A stretch of 64,000 nucleotides of DNA, from contig JBBDTI010000094.1 in NCBI GenBank assembly GCA_040904565.1, forward strand, positions 1-64,000, in the 5' to 3' direction. Below, piece after piece: positions 16,289 to 26,963 of the stretch. Position 1 is the first letter of the stretch. Each line of letters starts with the position of its first letter. The notes below the pieces were generated by a model, which was not told where the DNA came from, searched no databases, and saw nothing but the letters and a program-made list of their open reading frames with translations. The position numbers were made by a program, and so were the translations under genes. The stretch comes from Rhodothermales bacterium. GTDB lineage: Bacteria; Bacteroidota; Rhodothermia; Rhodothermales; VXPQ01.

Positions 16289-17860
16289 TCACGCCCGACG
16301 CTCCCCCACCACCGACATCCCCTGCTCGAAGACGACGTCGACCGGAATGTCGGCGGTGTTAACGCGGTCGAGGTCGGCCTGCAGCGTCGCGTCCATCTCG
16401 CCGTACTGCTTCAGGAAAGCGTCCACCGAAGCGTAGTTGCCGTCGCCCTGAAGAACGAGGATCGCCTCACTCAGGGACGTGATGGCTGCCTGCATGGCTT
16501 CGGCGTCGACCCGATATACGCCGGTGGACGACCGCACGAACGCGCCCCGCTCCTTGAAGTAGTTGAATCGGAGCAGATTCGCCCGCCCGTGCGCGCTCGC
16601 CGCGCCGAAGCGTATCGACCGAAACATGCCCGCCAGAAACGTCACGAAATGGTCCATCAGCTCCCCGTCGATCTCCCCTCGCCCGTGCAGCGCGGCGACC
16701 ATATAGAGCCCCAGAATGTCGGCCTTGCCCTCCTCGACGGCCGTATAGTGGTCCCGCAGCGCCTCACGCACGGTCCCCCGACCAGTCAGCGTCGTCTTGA
16801 TCCCCAGCCCATGCGCGACCTCGTGAAACAACGTGTTGCTGAAGAAGGCGTCGAAGGTTACGTGGGATCGCTGATCGCCGGCGATCAAGATCCTTGCGAT
16901 AGGCATCAGAATCTCCTCGAACTTCGCTCGCATCGCATTCTTGAGCTGCAGCCTCCGCGCGCCCTTTTCGAGCTGCACTTCTTCATCGTTCGGCAGGTTG
17001 ATGGCAATGGTCTTTGCGCCGGCATTCGCATCACCGGCGTAATAGACCACATCGTAGACGCCGAGATCGGAACCGGTACCGGGTGTCTCTCGCTTATATC
17101 GCTCGTCGACCGGAAGCCCTTGCTGAAGTATGGGCAGCATGTCCACATATCGAGCCAGGCGATCGCTCCACTCCCGGTCCTTGACGAGCACAAAGGCCTC
17201 GTAGGCCGCCTTGTATCCGAAGAGCCGATCTTCGTACGTCTCGATGGGCCCGATAACCACGTCGATGACGTTCTGCTCCATGTCCATCCACGCCCGATCG
17301 CTGGGCCGATAGTCGTCCGTCTCGAGCGCCCCGGCCCGCAGCTCGAGGTAGTGCTTCATGCCCGGATCCCGGGAGAGCCTGGCCGCGCGGCGAAGGCGCT
17401 CCGCGGCCGATCTAACGTGGCTGAGAAAGAATTCGTGGTATGGGACGGCCAGAAGGCGGCCGGCGGCGTCTCGCCGAACCATCGTGTAGAGGCTTCTCAG
17501 GTCTTCGTTCGAGGCAGCCGCCGCCTCGAATTCATCCGGCGTCATGTCGGCCGGATAGAAATTGGCACCTCGCGGTTTCGCTCCGATACCCTCGAGGAAC
17601 GGTTCGTTGCCTGAAAGGCGGTCCCACGGACCGTAGTTGATCTCGGCATATCGACGAAGGCCAGGATCGGAAATGGAGGCCAGGAGCGCCGAGCGGTCAC
17701 CATATGCCTGGATCCAGTATATGGCATCCATCTCTCGGGCCGCCTCGACAAGATGACGGATCATCTCCCGCTGCTCGTCATCCAGTGCGCCAAGATCCGC
17801 TTCGAGCCGAACCTGCCTGTACCGTTTCAGCAGCGCTGCGGGGCGGTCAATCGGCGTCAC
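16289..17860 (-). CDS. Dipeptidyl-peptidase III-like (M49-related) Zn-dependent hydrolase
   Basis: KTIAINLPND, HEVAHGLG and EEGKAD motifs. Start is uncertain; the GTG at 17860 overlapping the helicase stop is most plausible. Confidence 0.85.
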   Translation of the reverse strand: MTPIDRPAALLKRYRQVRLEADLGALDDEQREMIRHLVEAAREMDAIYWIQAYGDRSALLASISDPGLRRYAEINYGPWDRLSGNEPFLEGIGAKPRGANFYPADMTPDEFEAAAASNEDLRSLYTMVRRDAAGRLLAVPYHEFFLSHVRSAAERLRRAARLSRDPGMKHYLELRAGALETDDYRPSDRAWMDMEQNVIDVVIGPIETYEDRLFGYKAAYEAFVLVKDREWSDRLARYVDMLPILQQGLPVDERYKRETPGTGSDLGVYDVVYYAGDANAGAKTIAINLPNDEEVQLEKGARRLQLKNAMRAKFEEILMPIARILIAGDQRSHVTFDAFFSNTLFHEVAHGLGIKTTLTGRGTVREALRDHYTAVEEGKADILGLYMVAALHGRGEIDGELMDHFVTFLAGMFRSIRFGAASAHGRANLLRFNYFKERGAFVRSSTGVYRVDAEAMQAAITSLSEAILVLQGDGNYASVDAFLKQYGEMDATLQADLDRVNTADIPVDVVFEQGMSVVGERRA

Positions 17861-19358
17861 GATCGGATGCCTGATGGGCCTCCTCTTCATCCGGCGCCGC
17901 CTGTGCTGCCATCTGCGCCTGCTTCGACGCATGGAGATCCTGCTCGCGCACGTCGTCGATAAACATCGCCAGCAGCTCAGGTTCTTCGCGGGCCAGATCC
18001 TGCACCAGCGGGACGAACTGCTTGGCTCGTTCGCGTTCCATCTTCGACCGGTCTCGCATGCGGTTTTCCAGGATGACGGTGAGCCGCTCGGAGATGCGGT
18101 TGCTCACGTCTTCGGCCGTCGGCAGCGGGCGCTTCTCCACGGAGATGCCGTACCGGGAGGCGGCACGGATCAAATCCGTCTCATCCTCGAAAGTGGCCAG
18201 CACGATCGCGACGCCGATCTTTCCAGCACGCGCGGTGCGCCCGGATCGGTGCACGAGATATTCCGGATCCTGCGGAACGTCGTACATAAAGACGTGGCTC
18301 AGATCGGAGATGTCTATACCGCGCGCCGCGACGTCGGTCGCGATAAGGAAGCGCGTCTCCCCGGAATGCGCCCGGTCGAGGGCCTCCTCCCGGGCCTTCT
18401 GCGAGAGGTCGCCCGAGATGGCATCGGCACTGTAGCCGTAGTTCTGCAAGAACTTCGTCAGATACTCGACCTCGCGCTTCGTGTTGACGAACACGATAGC
18501 GGCGTCCGGATTTTCGAGCTCGAACAGGCGGGCGAGCACGCGGTCCTTCTCCATCGGGTCCGTCACGTAGTACCGATATTCGAGCGTCTCGACGCTTTCC
18601 TGGCCGGCACTGAGCGAGATGAACTGCGGATCGGTCAAGAAATCGCGGCTGAGCGTCCGCACCTTTGGCGGGATCGTCGCACTGAACATATAGGTATGCC
18701 GGTCGTCGGGCAGATACCGGCGCAACTCCTTCATGTCGGGATAGAATCCCATCGAAAGCATTTCATCCGCTTCGTCGAAGATGAGAAACTTGAGTCGATC
18801 GAGATCCGCGTTGCCCTTGCTCAGGTGGTCAAGGATACGTCCAGGCGTCCCGATGACCACGTGTGCGCCGCCCTTCAGTCCCTCTATCTGCGGTCCGTAG
18901 GCCACACCGCCGTACACAAGCACGGAGCGCATCTCATTCGTCTCGGGCGTGGCGAGCTTCATCCGCTCGAACTCACTGTTGATCTGCTTGGCGAGCTCGC
19001 GCGTGGGCGTCATGATCAGCGCCTGGGTTTCGTCGCGCGACGAATCCAGGAGCTCGAAGAGCGGAAGCAGAAACGCGCCCGTCTTTCCCGATCCGGTACG
19101 CGACTGTACGACGAGGTCCTTTCGATCCAGCATATAGGGGATCACCTTCTGCTGGACCGGCATGAGCGTATCCCAACCGGCCGCACTCAGCGCGGCCTGC
19201 ACGGAATCGGGGAGGTCCTCCTGTAATACGGCTGGACGCTGCGCTTCCTCGTCGCGCATGGCTTCAACGTCTTGCTCCTGCCTGCGCTCCCGCTGAGCGC
19301 GGCGCGTAAGATCGATGACCTCGGTATAGCGAGACGACTGCTTTTCGTCGCTTGACAT
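17847..19358 (-). CDS. DEAD-box RNA helicase
   Basis: Q motif, TGSGKT, PTRELA, DEAD, SAT, ARGID and HRSGRTAR. Confidence 0.97.
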   Translation of the reverse strand: MSSDEKQSSRYTEVIDLTRRAQRERRQEQDVEAMRDEEAQRPAVLQEDLPDSVQAALSAAGWDTLMPVQQKVIPYMLDRKDLVVQSRTGSGKTGAFLLPLFELLDSSRDETQALIMTPTRELAKQINSEFERMKLATPETNEMRSVLVYGGVAYGPQIEGLKGGAHVVIGTPGRILDHLSKGNADLDRLKFLIFDEADEMLSMGFYPDMKELRRYLPDDRHTYMFSATIPPKVRTLSRDFLTDPQFISLSAGQESVETLEYRYYVTDPMEKDRVLARLFELENPDAAIVFVNTKREVEYLTKFLQNYGYSADAISGDLSQKAREEALDRAHSGETRFLIATDVAARGIDISDLSHVFMYDVPQDPEYLVHRSGRTARAGKIGVAIVLATFEDETDLIRAASRYGISVEKRPLPTAEDVSNRISERLTVILENRMRDRSKMERERAKQFVPLVQDLAREEPELLAMFIDDVREQDLHASKQAQMAAQAAPDEEEAHQASDRDAD

Positions 19359-19466
19359 GTGGCGTAGGGTAAGAGTTGTGGTGTTGTGAAGGAGGCACTC
19401 ATACGTCGATGCGAATCGAACAGGTCCCTCTGTCGCGGTTCGACGCGGACCTGCTCGCAGAGAGGG

Positions 19467-20216
19467 CTACATCGCGAGCCCGCCGTCCACGTGCAGGACG
19501 TGCCCCGTAACATAATCCGCCGCCGGCGACGACAGAAAATGGACGGCGTTTGCGATGTCCTGGGGGCTTGCCGCCCGTTTCAACACGACGGCGTCAAGCA
19601 TGGCTTCGCGTGCCGCCTCTCCCAGGGATGCCGTCATGTCGGTCTCCACGTATCCGGGCGCTACGACGTTGACCGTGACGCCCCGGGATCCGAGCTCCTT
19701 TGCAAGACTCTTGGAAAACCCTATGATCCCGGCTTTGGAGGCCGCGTAGTTCGTCTGTCCGGCATTGCCGATGACGCCCACGACGGAGGACAGATTGACG
19801 ATCTTCCCGCCCCGCTGCTTCATCATGGGACGATAGGCCGCCTTGCAGAAGTTGAAGACGCTCTTCAGGTTCGTGTTGATGACGGCGTCCCAGTCTCCTT
19901 CATTCATGCGGATCATGAGCCCGTCCCGCGTGATGCCGGCATTGTTGACCAGGATGTCGAGCGAGCCCCACGCATCCAGCACGCCTTCCACCGCCTCGTC
20001 GGCGGACGCCATCTCTGCGGCATCACCCTGAAACAGCATGCATTCGGAGCCGCCGCCCTCCAACTCGTCACGCAACGCCTCCGCATCCTCCGTCGAAGAT
20101 CGGTACGTGACGGCCACGCGGGCTCCTGCCCCTGCCAGCGTCTGTGCTATGCAGCGTCCGATACCGCGCGAACCGCCGGTGACGAGCGCGTTCTTACCTT
20201 TCAGGTCGAATGACAT
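19467..20216 (-). CDS. fabG: 3-oxoacyl-ACP reductase
   Basis: TGGSRGIG, NNAGITRD and YAASK, within the fab operon. Confidence 0.97.
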   Translation of the reverse strand: MSFDLKGKNALVTGGSRGIGRCIAQTLAGAGARVAVTYRSSTEDAEALRDELEGGGSECMLFQGDAAEMASADEAVEGVLDAWGSLDILVNNAGITRDGLMIRMNEGDWDAVINTNLKSVFNFCKAAYRPMMKQRGGKIVNLSSVVGVIGNAGQTNYAASKAGIIGFSKSLAKELGSRGVTVNVVAPGYVETDMTASLGEAAREAMLDAVVLKRAASPQDIANAVHFLSSPAADYVTGHVLHVDGGLAM

Positions 20217-20258
20217 ATCGCAACTTGATCGTGGTGACTGACAAAAACGAGTGGGGGA

Positions 20259-21218
20259 TCAGGTCTCCGATTCGAGGAGAGCGGCTACATCGTCGGCGCC
20301 CTCGGCCGAGACCGTGTCGACATCGCGTCCCAGCGTACGCCGAACGAGACCGCTGAGCACCCGTCCAGCCCCAACCTCGACGAACCGGCCGGCACCGGCT
20401 TCCTGCATGGCACGGAGAGAATGGGACCACCGCACCGGTGCGGTGAGCTGGTCGACGAGCCGGCGCCGAATCTCATCAGGGTCCCGGCTCGGTTCGCCGG
20501 TTACGTTCAGATAGACGGGGCATTCCGGACGCTGAATCTCGACCTTTTCGAGCGCCTCCTGGAGCCCTTCCCGTGCGTAGTCCATCAACGGAGAATGAAA
20601 GGCCCCGCTTACGGGGAGCGGTACCACACGGCGAGCGCCTCGGTCTCCAGCTGCTGACATCGCCCGCTCGACGGCATCGACGTCGCCCGAGATGACGACC
20701 TGCCCGGGTGCATTGAAATTGGCTGCTTCCACCACCGAGACCGTCCCCTTCGTGGCTTCGGCGCAGACCTGAACGACCTCGTCGTCGTCCATCCCCAGCA
20801 CGGCTGCCATGGTACCCGGACGCGCGTCCCCGGCCCCAGCCATAAGCTGACCCCTCCTGCGCACGAGCCGGAGCCCGTCCTCAAAGGAGAGAGCACCTGC
20901 TGCTGCCAGTGCGCTGTACTCGCCCAGACTGTGGCCGGCGACCATGGAAGGGCGCGGTGCCCGGCGGCGAAGCACCGCCATCACCGCCATACTGTGGACG
21001 TAGAGTGCCGGCTGCGTTACGTCCGTCTGCTTCAGCGCTTCCTCGGCGTCGGGACGGTCCTCTGCCGTTCCGAACATGATAGCCGAGAGAGGAACGTCCA
21101 GCACCCGGTCCGCCTCGTCGATGACGCGGCGAGCCCCGTCGAACCGCTCGTACAGGTCCCGCGCCATCCCAACGTACTGGCTCCCCTGACCGGGGAACAG
21201 AAAGGCCGTTTGACTCAT
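20259..21218 (-). CDS. fabD: Malonyl-CoA:ACP transacylase
   Basis: FPGQGSQ, GHSLGE and SGAFHS. Confidence 0.97.
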   Translation of the reverse strand: MSQTAFLFPGQGSQYVGMARDLYERFDGARRVIDEADRVLDVPLSAIMFGTAEDRPDAEEALKQTDVTQPALYVHSMAVMAVLRRRAPRPSMVAGHSLGEYSALAAAGALSFEDGLRLVRRRGQLMAGAGDARPGTMAAVLGMDDDEVVQVCAEATKGTVSVVEAANFNAPGQVVISGDVDAVERAMSAAGDRGARRVVPLPVSGAFHSPLMDYAREGLQEALEKVEIQRPECPVYLNVTGEPSRDPDEIRRRLVDQLTAPVRWSHSLRAMQEAGAGRFVEVGAGRVLSGLVRRTLGRDVDTVSAEGADDVAALLESET

Positions 21219-21257
21219 GGTTGATAGGTCACCGTTAGATCCGATTCGACGTGTGGG

Positions 21258-22292
21258 TTACGACTCGGCCGCCGCCGTCATGAGATCTTCCTCCACCACG
21301 TCAGCCCCGTCATAGGCCCAGCGGACGTAGCTGGCGCCCCACGTGAAGCCGCCGCCAAAGGCGGCCAGGACGAGATTGTCTCCGCGACGCAGCTGTCCTT
21401 CCCAGTCGGCAAGGCACAGCGGGATCGTAGCCGCCGTCGTATTTCCGTACCGTTCGATATTCATCATGATCTTGTCGGAGCCGATTCCCATGCGGCGCGC
21501 CGTGGCATCGACGATGCGTTGGTTTGCCTGATGGGGAACGAGGTAGTGGACGTCGTCCCCCGTCAGGTCGTTGCGGCGCATGATTTCGACGGCGGCGTCC
21601 GCCATGCCCTCAACGGCATACTTGAACACAGACCGCCCTTCCTGCTGGAGATAATGCATGTGCCGATCGATCGTCTCATAGGAGGGCGGATGCAGGCTGC
21701 CGCCCGCCGGCATGTGCAGCAGTCTGCCGTGGTTGCCGTCGACGCGTTGATAGTAATCGATCAGTCCGCAATCATCCGAATCGGGCTCAAGAAGGACCGC
21801 GGCTGCCCCGTCGCCAAACAGAATGCAGGTCGTCCGATCCTCAAAGTTGGTGATACTGCTCATCTTGTCGGCGCCGATCACGAGCACCTTTTCGTGTCGA
21901 CCGCTCTCGATCATCTGCGCGCCGGTAGACAGTCCGAACAAAAACCCGCTGCACGCCGCGGAGAGGTCGAATCCCCATGCATTGGACGCGCCGATCTCCG
22001 CCTGAACGAGGCAAGCCGTCGACGGAAACAGCATGTCGGGCGTGACGGTGGCTACAATGATCGCGTCGATTTCCCCCGGATCGAGGTTTCGTTTCTCCAG
22101 AATCAGCTTGACCGCTTCGGTCGCCATGAATGACGTCGCCTTATCGGGGTCATCCAGGATGCGGCGTTCGCGAATGCCGGTACGCGAGCGAATCCACTCG
22201 TCGTTCGTATCCACCATCCGCTCCAGATCTTCGTTCGTAAGGCGACCTTCGGGCAAGAAATGCCCGACAGACGAGATTGCCGCACGTGTCAT
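21258..22292 (-). CDS. fabH: Beta-ketoacyl-ACP synthase III
   Basis: AACSGF, PHQAN, GNT and FGGGFTWG. Confidence 0.97.
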   Translation of the reverse strand: MTRAAISSVGHFLPEGRLTNEDLERMVDTNDEWIRSRTGIRERRILDDPDKATSFMATEAVKLILEKRNLDPGEIDAIIVATVTPDMLFPSTACLVQAEIGASNAWGFDLSAACSGFLFGLSTGAQMIESGRHEKVLVIGADKMSSITNFEDRTTCILFGDGAAAVLLEPDSDDCGLIDYYQRVDGNHGRLLHMPAGGSLHPPSYETIDRHMHYLQQEGRSVFKYAVEGMADAAVEIMRRNDLTGDDVHYLVPHQANQRIVDATARRMGIGSDKIMMNIERYGNTTAATIPLCLADWEGQLRRGDNLVLAAFGGGFTWGASYVRWAYDGADVVEEDLMTAAAES

Positions 22293-22404
22293 GGAGTCGC
22301 TCCTCGTTCGTTAAATCAGCAAAAGGATGCCGGAATACGATCGATCGCCCGCATACCTGCTTGCGCGCCGTCACGGGCACAGCGGATGGGGACGCGCATA
22401 CGCG

Positions 22405-23409
22405 TCAGGTGCCGATGGCATCCGCGATGGCACCGACGACGCCTTCTCGCGCTTCCTCGGCTGCCGTCAGAATCATTCGTTCGAAGGCGCGGGCCGTCGA
22501 TCCGCCGTGACCGATGATTACGTTGCCATTTACGCCGAGCAGGGGCGCACCGCCGTATTCCTCGTAGTTGAAGCGCTTTCTAACGGCGGACAGGACCGCG
22601 GCGACCGCCTTCTGGTTCTCGTCGGACAGTTTCTGCCGGGCCATTTCTTCCGCGATCATGTGCGGGAACGCGGAAGCTACACTTTCGCCGAATTTGAGAA
22701 GGATGTTGCCGACGAACCCATCGCATACGACGACGTCGGCGGCGTGATGCAGGAGGTCGCGACCCTCCACGTTACCCCGAAAATTCAGATGGGCTTCCGC
22801 GGAGAGCAGGTCGAAGGCCGACTTGACCAGATCGTTCCCCTTACCGGGCTCCTCACCGACGTTCAACAGCGCAACGACCGGATCTTCGCGCTTCATGACC
22901 GTCTTCGCATAGATGGACCCCATCTTCGCGAACTGAACGAGATGTTCGGGACGGCAGTCTACGTTCGTACCCACGTCGAGCACGATGCTGTAGCTCTCCG
23001 TCGTAGGGAAAAACCCGATGACGGATGGACGCGCTACGCCTTCAAGCCGGCCGAGAATGAATAGAGATGCCGCCATGACGGCTCCCGTGTTGCCGGCGCT
23101 TATGAATCCGTGCGCCTTTCCGCTCTTGTGCGCACCGAGTCCTACGTGGATCGACGAACCCTGCTTCGCCTTTACAGCCGCAGCAGGCGCTTCTCCCATG
23201 CCGATCACTTCAAGCGCATCAACGACGTGAAGTGCGAGTCCATCCGCTCCATCGACCTGCGCGAGTGCCGCACGGACCTCCGCCTTTCGGCCGACGAGAA
23301 GAATTTCGAGATCGCCATTAGCGGCTCGAAGCGCACGTGCTGCACCGTCAACGACGACCGATGGGGCATCGTCGCCCCCCATCGCATCAATCGCTATTCG
23401 AATGGACAT
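22405..23409 (-). CDS. plsX: Phosphate acyltransferase
   Basis: IDAMGGD, SAGNTGA, VVCDGFVGN and GGAPLLG. Confidence 0.97.
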   Translation of the reverse strand: MSIRIAIDAMGGDDAPSVVVDGAARALRAANGDLEILLVGRKAEVRAALAQVDGADGLALHVVDALEVIGMGEAPAAAVKAKQGSSIHVGLGAHKSGKAHGFISAGNTGAVMAASLFILGRLEGVARPSVIGFFPTTESYSIVLDVGTNVDCRPEHLVQFAKMGSIYAKTVMKREDPVVALLNVGEEPGKGNDLVKSAFDLLSAEAHLNFRGNVEGRDLLHHAADVVVCDGFVGNILLKFGESVASAFPHMIAEEMARQKLSDENQKAVAAVLSAVRKRFNYEEYGGAPLLGVNGNVIIGHGGSTARAFERMILTAAEEAREGVVGAIADAIGT

Positions 23410-23638
23410 GTCGGATGGTTGTCAGAAATTCAGCCGTCGTTCACACGCATTCCGCCACACGTTTATCTGTGGGCGCTTGTGCCTCGAGACCTTCGTCCGC
23501 GTAGGACACCGAAAACGTCGATGCGCCCGCTGCGCGAGGCGCAGCGACGAGTCATAGCAGCGCTATGGCGAGGAGCTGCAACGATGCGCAGCGGGATGCA
23601 GCGGCGTTTGAATGTACGCAGATTAAGGTCACGAGGCA

Positions 23639-23830
23639 CTAGATGACATCTTTGGGCTCGATCACCTGGCGACCTCGGTAATGGCCGCAGCTTGGACAGG
23701 CGTGGTGCATCAGCTTAGCCGTTCCGCAATTCGGACACTCCATCATGGGCCGAGCTTTCAGACTGCTGTAATATTTGGCACGACGCTGGCGCGTGCGAGC
23801 TTTAGAATGTTTCCTTTTCGGATTGGCCAT
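23639..23830 (-). CDS. rpmF: 50S ribosomal protein L32 (zinc-ribbon form)
   Basis: MANPKRKHSKAR...CPNC...CPSCGHYRG. Confidence 0.97.
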   Translation of the reverse strand: MANPKRKHSKARTRQRRAKYYSSLKARPMMECPNCGTAKLMHHACPSCGHYRGRQVIEPKDVI

Positions 23831-23894
23831 AGCTAGCTATCTACTTTTCTCGAGGGTGATGCCGGCGCGCACGCCGACTCATTCTACTACACAA

Positions 23895-24392
23895 TCAGTC
23901 TTGTTTCGCTCCGGGCTTCAATTCCTTAAGCGCCGCCCAACGAGGGTCGATCTCATCTTCGTCAGCCGGAGCACCGAACTCCGTCGGTATCTCCTCGTCC
24001 TCGGCTCCGGGCGCAACGGTGCGAACGGGAACCGCGAGTAATATGGTATCACGCACGACTTCTGTTACGTCTATTTCCGTATCGGCCGGGTCAAGCTCCC
24101 GTACCTCATCGTACGCATCATCGTCCTGCACAAGAAACTCAGGCGGCGCAAAGAGCAGATGATACGTCCCGCCAATATCCTTATCGAACATGCGGAGCGT
24201 GCGGTCGCATTCGAGCGTAGCCGTAGCGCGCACCTCGAGCGATACGAGAATCCGTCGTTCCGCTACGTCGAGCCGGGCATCTACCTTGACGTCCGCAAAT
24301 GTCTCAGGACCGAGATCGACAGCCTCTACGTCAGGCTCGAACGCCAGTGCGTGCACTCCCGGTTCGAGCGCCCCGATGTCAATCGAAAACAT
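23895..24392 (-). CDS. yceD: YceD/DUF177 family protein
   Basis: LECDRTL...DPRWAALKEL, in the conserved position upstream of rpmF. Confidence 0.9.
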   Translation of the reverse strand: MFSIDIGALEPGVHALAFEPDVEAVDLGPETFADVKVDARLDVAERRILVSLEVRATATLECDRTLRMFDKDIGGTYHLLFAPPEFLVQDDDAYDEVRELDPADTEIDVTEVVRDTILLAVPVRTVAPGAEDEEIPTEFGAPADEDEIDPRWAALKELKPGAKQD

Positions 24393-24952
24393 ATCAGCAT
24401 TTCAGGTCTTGCACCGTTTGGCAGGCGGCCCGCCACATACTCCTTCTGGTGCCCTATAGCACGTTCCGTGCAATCACGCTCTCTGCGCAGGCGCAACCGC
24501 CGCCTTACACTACGCCGATTAATCTCAGCGCGTGAACCAACTAAGATATGCACCGGGGCGTTCCGGAACAATTCAGGTCCGCTCGTGAGATTCCCCGAAA
24601 AGACCGTGAAGACGGCCCATAATGTCACAAGCCTCCCCGGATTCCGGGAACGGAGCTCCGAGCCGCGGACGCAGGCGAACGCCCCAGCGCCGTTGAGCAC
24701 CAGCCCGAGAATGCACCGGATGCTCTATGAAATCGGACGCGTCCACCTTGCCTTTCCAGGCCCAATTGGTTACCATAATTTTGTCAGCGTCCCCAAAGAT
24801 CTTGGCGCCAGATCAACTCTCCTTTTCGCTCGTCGAAAGGACCCGGGCATCCACATGGAGAGTGGCATCCGTACCGACACGGTCATCACCTAGATGCCTT
24901 TCTAGCGACCTACCACCAGGTCCGCGCCAACTTTGCAGGGCGCCTCGGGGCG

Positions 24953-25178
24953 CGTGGACAACATGTTAATAACCCGGCCCGGAATGTCTGCTTGTTCATG
25001 TGCCGCACCCGGTAGCGTGCGGCTTCTGACTGGCGGCTCTGTCTTCGCATGTGGCAAACCACTGTATATTTGTGGTTTAGAGGAAATTATCCTGGCGCTT
25101 CTCGCGATACGATCCGTGGGCGCCCGCATGACAGGTTAGCGCGACGTTTGGCGTCTGGGCACATGGGCATGTGAATAA
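24953..25178. promoter_or_regulatory. Weak DnaA-box cluster upstream of dnaA
   Basis: TGTGAATAA at 25170-25178 (consensus TTATNCACA on the minus strand). Degenerate CGTGGACAA at 24953-24961 and TGTTAATAA at 24964-24972. Confidence 0.5.
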
Positions 25179-25337
25179 CCGGTGCATATCGCTGCGCGCC
25201 TGTCGCAGCGTTTGTCGTCCGGTTCGCTTGAAAGCTAATTGGTGATGATCTTGTGCGAGTCAACCTCCTGACTGCGGCGGTCGGCTCCATAACCCAGCTG
25301 CGGTCCCTTCCGCCGCAACGTTCGAACAACCTTTTAT

Positions 25338-26852
25338 ATGGATACATCGCCTGACGACGTTTGGAACGCGTGTCTCGAAATCATACGGGATAACGTTACG
25401 CGCCAGAGCTTCAAAACGTGGTTCGAGCCGCTGAGAGCTGTCAGTCTGACAAGCGACGACGGCATTCAGAAGCTTACGGTCCAGCTTCCCAGCCGATTCT
25501 ACTATGAGTGGCTTGAGGAGCACTACCACAGCCTCCTTCGCAAGACCGTCGTAAAGGTTCTTGGGGCCGACGCTCGCCTTTTTTACGACATTGTCATTGA
25601 GCGCGACGACGTTCAGCGGGGTTATGAAGGGGCCTCCATGCACCTGCCTGCCCGTCCGGAGGATGAACCCTCGTCCGACGCGGAGCGATCTTCGCCGCCC
25701 TTTCCGACGACACGATATGCGGAGCCGGACGAGCGCTCCTCACCACGGCCTCCGCTTGACGCCTCGACCCCGGATGGTGGGCTCAATCCGTTCGTCGTAC
25801 CGGGTGTGCGAACGACTCGGATCGAAAGCCAGCTGAACGGATCGTACACGTTCGACCGCTTCATCGAAGGGGACTGCAATCGACTCGCACGCAGTGCCTC
25901 TTGGGCCATCGCACAACAGCCTGGAGCGACGAGCTTTAACCCGTTCCTCATCTATGGTGGCGTTGGCCTGGGAAAGACGCACCTCATTCAGGCCATCGGC
26001 AACTACGTTCGTCAGCAGGGCAACAAGTCCGTTTTATACGTTTCGAGTGAGCGCTTTACGTCCGACTTCGTTCAGTCCATTCAGCACAATCGCGTCAACG
26101 ATTTCAGTACGTTTTACCGCAACATCGACCTGCTCGTCATCGACGACGTGCAGTTTTTCAGCGGAAAGGAGAAGACGCAGGAAGAGTTCTTCCACGTATT
26201 CAACGCCCTGCACCAGGCAGGGAAGCAGATCGTGCTGTCGGGCGACCGGCCGCCACGTGAAATCGAAGGTATCGAGGAGCGGCTTCTCTCTCGATTTCAG
26301 TGGGGACTCACAGCCGACCTGCAGCAACCGGAGCTCGAGACGCGTATTGCGATACTTAACCGCAAGGCGGAAGACGACGGCATCGATCTTTCGCACGAGA
26401 TTATCGAGTTTATCGCGCACAACGTTAAGAGCAATATCCGTGAGCTGGAAGGTGCCCTTATTCGCCTTCTCGCCCACGCGACGCTGCACAAGCGAGAGAT
26501 CGATCTTCCTCTGGCGAAGGACGTGCTTCGTGACCTGATCAAGGAGACGCGAATCAATCTGACCATTGAGGAAATTCAGCGCGTCACGTGCGAATACTTT
26601 GACATCTCGGAAGACCTGGTCCGTGCTAAGACGCGCAAGCGAGAGATCGTCCAGGCGCGTCAGATTGCCATGTATTTCAGCAAGCAGATGACGCAGCATT
26701 CACTCAAGACGATCGGCCTGCACTTCGGTGGACGGGACCACTCGACCGTGATCCACTCCTGCCAGAGCGTCGAAAATCAGCTCGAAACCGATCCCAAATT
26801 CGGTGAGATGCTCGATGAGATCCGGCACAAGATCGAACTTCGTAGCCGGTGA
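25338..26852 (+). CDS. dnaA: Chromosomal replication initiator
   Basis: FNPFLIYGGVGLGKTHL, LVIDDVQF, RLLSRF and FGGRDHSTVIH. Confidence 0.99.
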   Translation: MDTSPDDVWNACLEIIRDNVTRQSFKTWFEPLRAVSLTSDDGIQKLTVQLPSRFYYEWLEEHYHSLLRKTVVKVLGADARLFYDIVIERDDVQRGYEGASMHLPARPEDEPSSDAERSSPPFPTTRYAEPDERSSPRPPLDASTPDGGLNPFVVPGVRTTRIESQLNGSYTFDRFIEGDCNRLARSASWAIAQQPGATSFNPFLIYGGVGLGKTHLIQAIGNYVRQQGNKSVLYVSSERFTSDFVQSIQHNRVNDFSTFYRNIDLLVIDDVQFFSGKEKTQEEFFHVFNALHQAGKQIVLSGDRPPREIEGIEERLLSRFQWGLTADLQQPELETRIAILNRKAEDDGIDLSHEIIEFIAHNVKSNIRELEGALIRLLAHATLHKREIDLPLAKDVLRDLIKETRINLTIEEIQRVTCEYFDISEDLVRAKTRKREIVQARQIAMYFSKQMTQHSLKTIGLHFGGRDHSTVIHSCQSVENQLETDPKFGEMLDEIRHKIELRSR

Positions 26853-26963
26853 GCCGGGGTCCGTTGCGTTCGGCTTTTCGGACCTCTGTTTGCTATCTTG
26901 TCGGATCCATCGATCGGGCGACGACTAACCTGTACTCACAATGCTTTTCCAAACGCTAGCCTC

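Noticed and set aside
16589-23064. Long antisense ORFs over core genes (e.g. 16589-17614, 17874-19226, 19386-20213, 22327-23064)
   Set aside because: Shadow ORFs typical of high-GC DNA opposite well-supported genes.
23410-23638. GC hairpins and GCAGCG-rich sequence between rpmF and plsX
   Set aside because: Low-complexity; no recognisable RNA motif or regular repeat unit.
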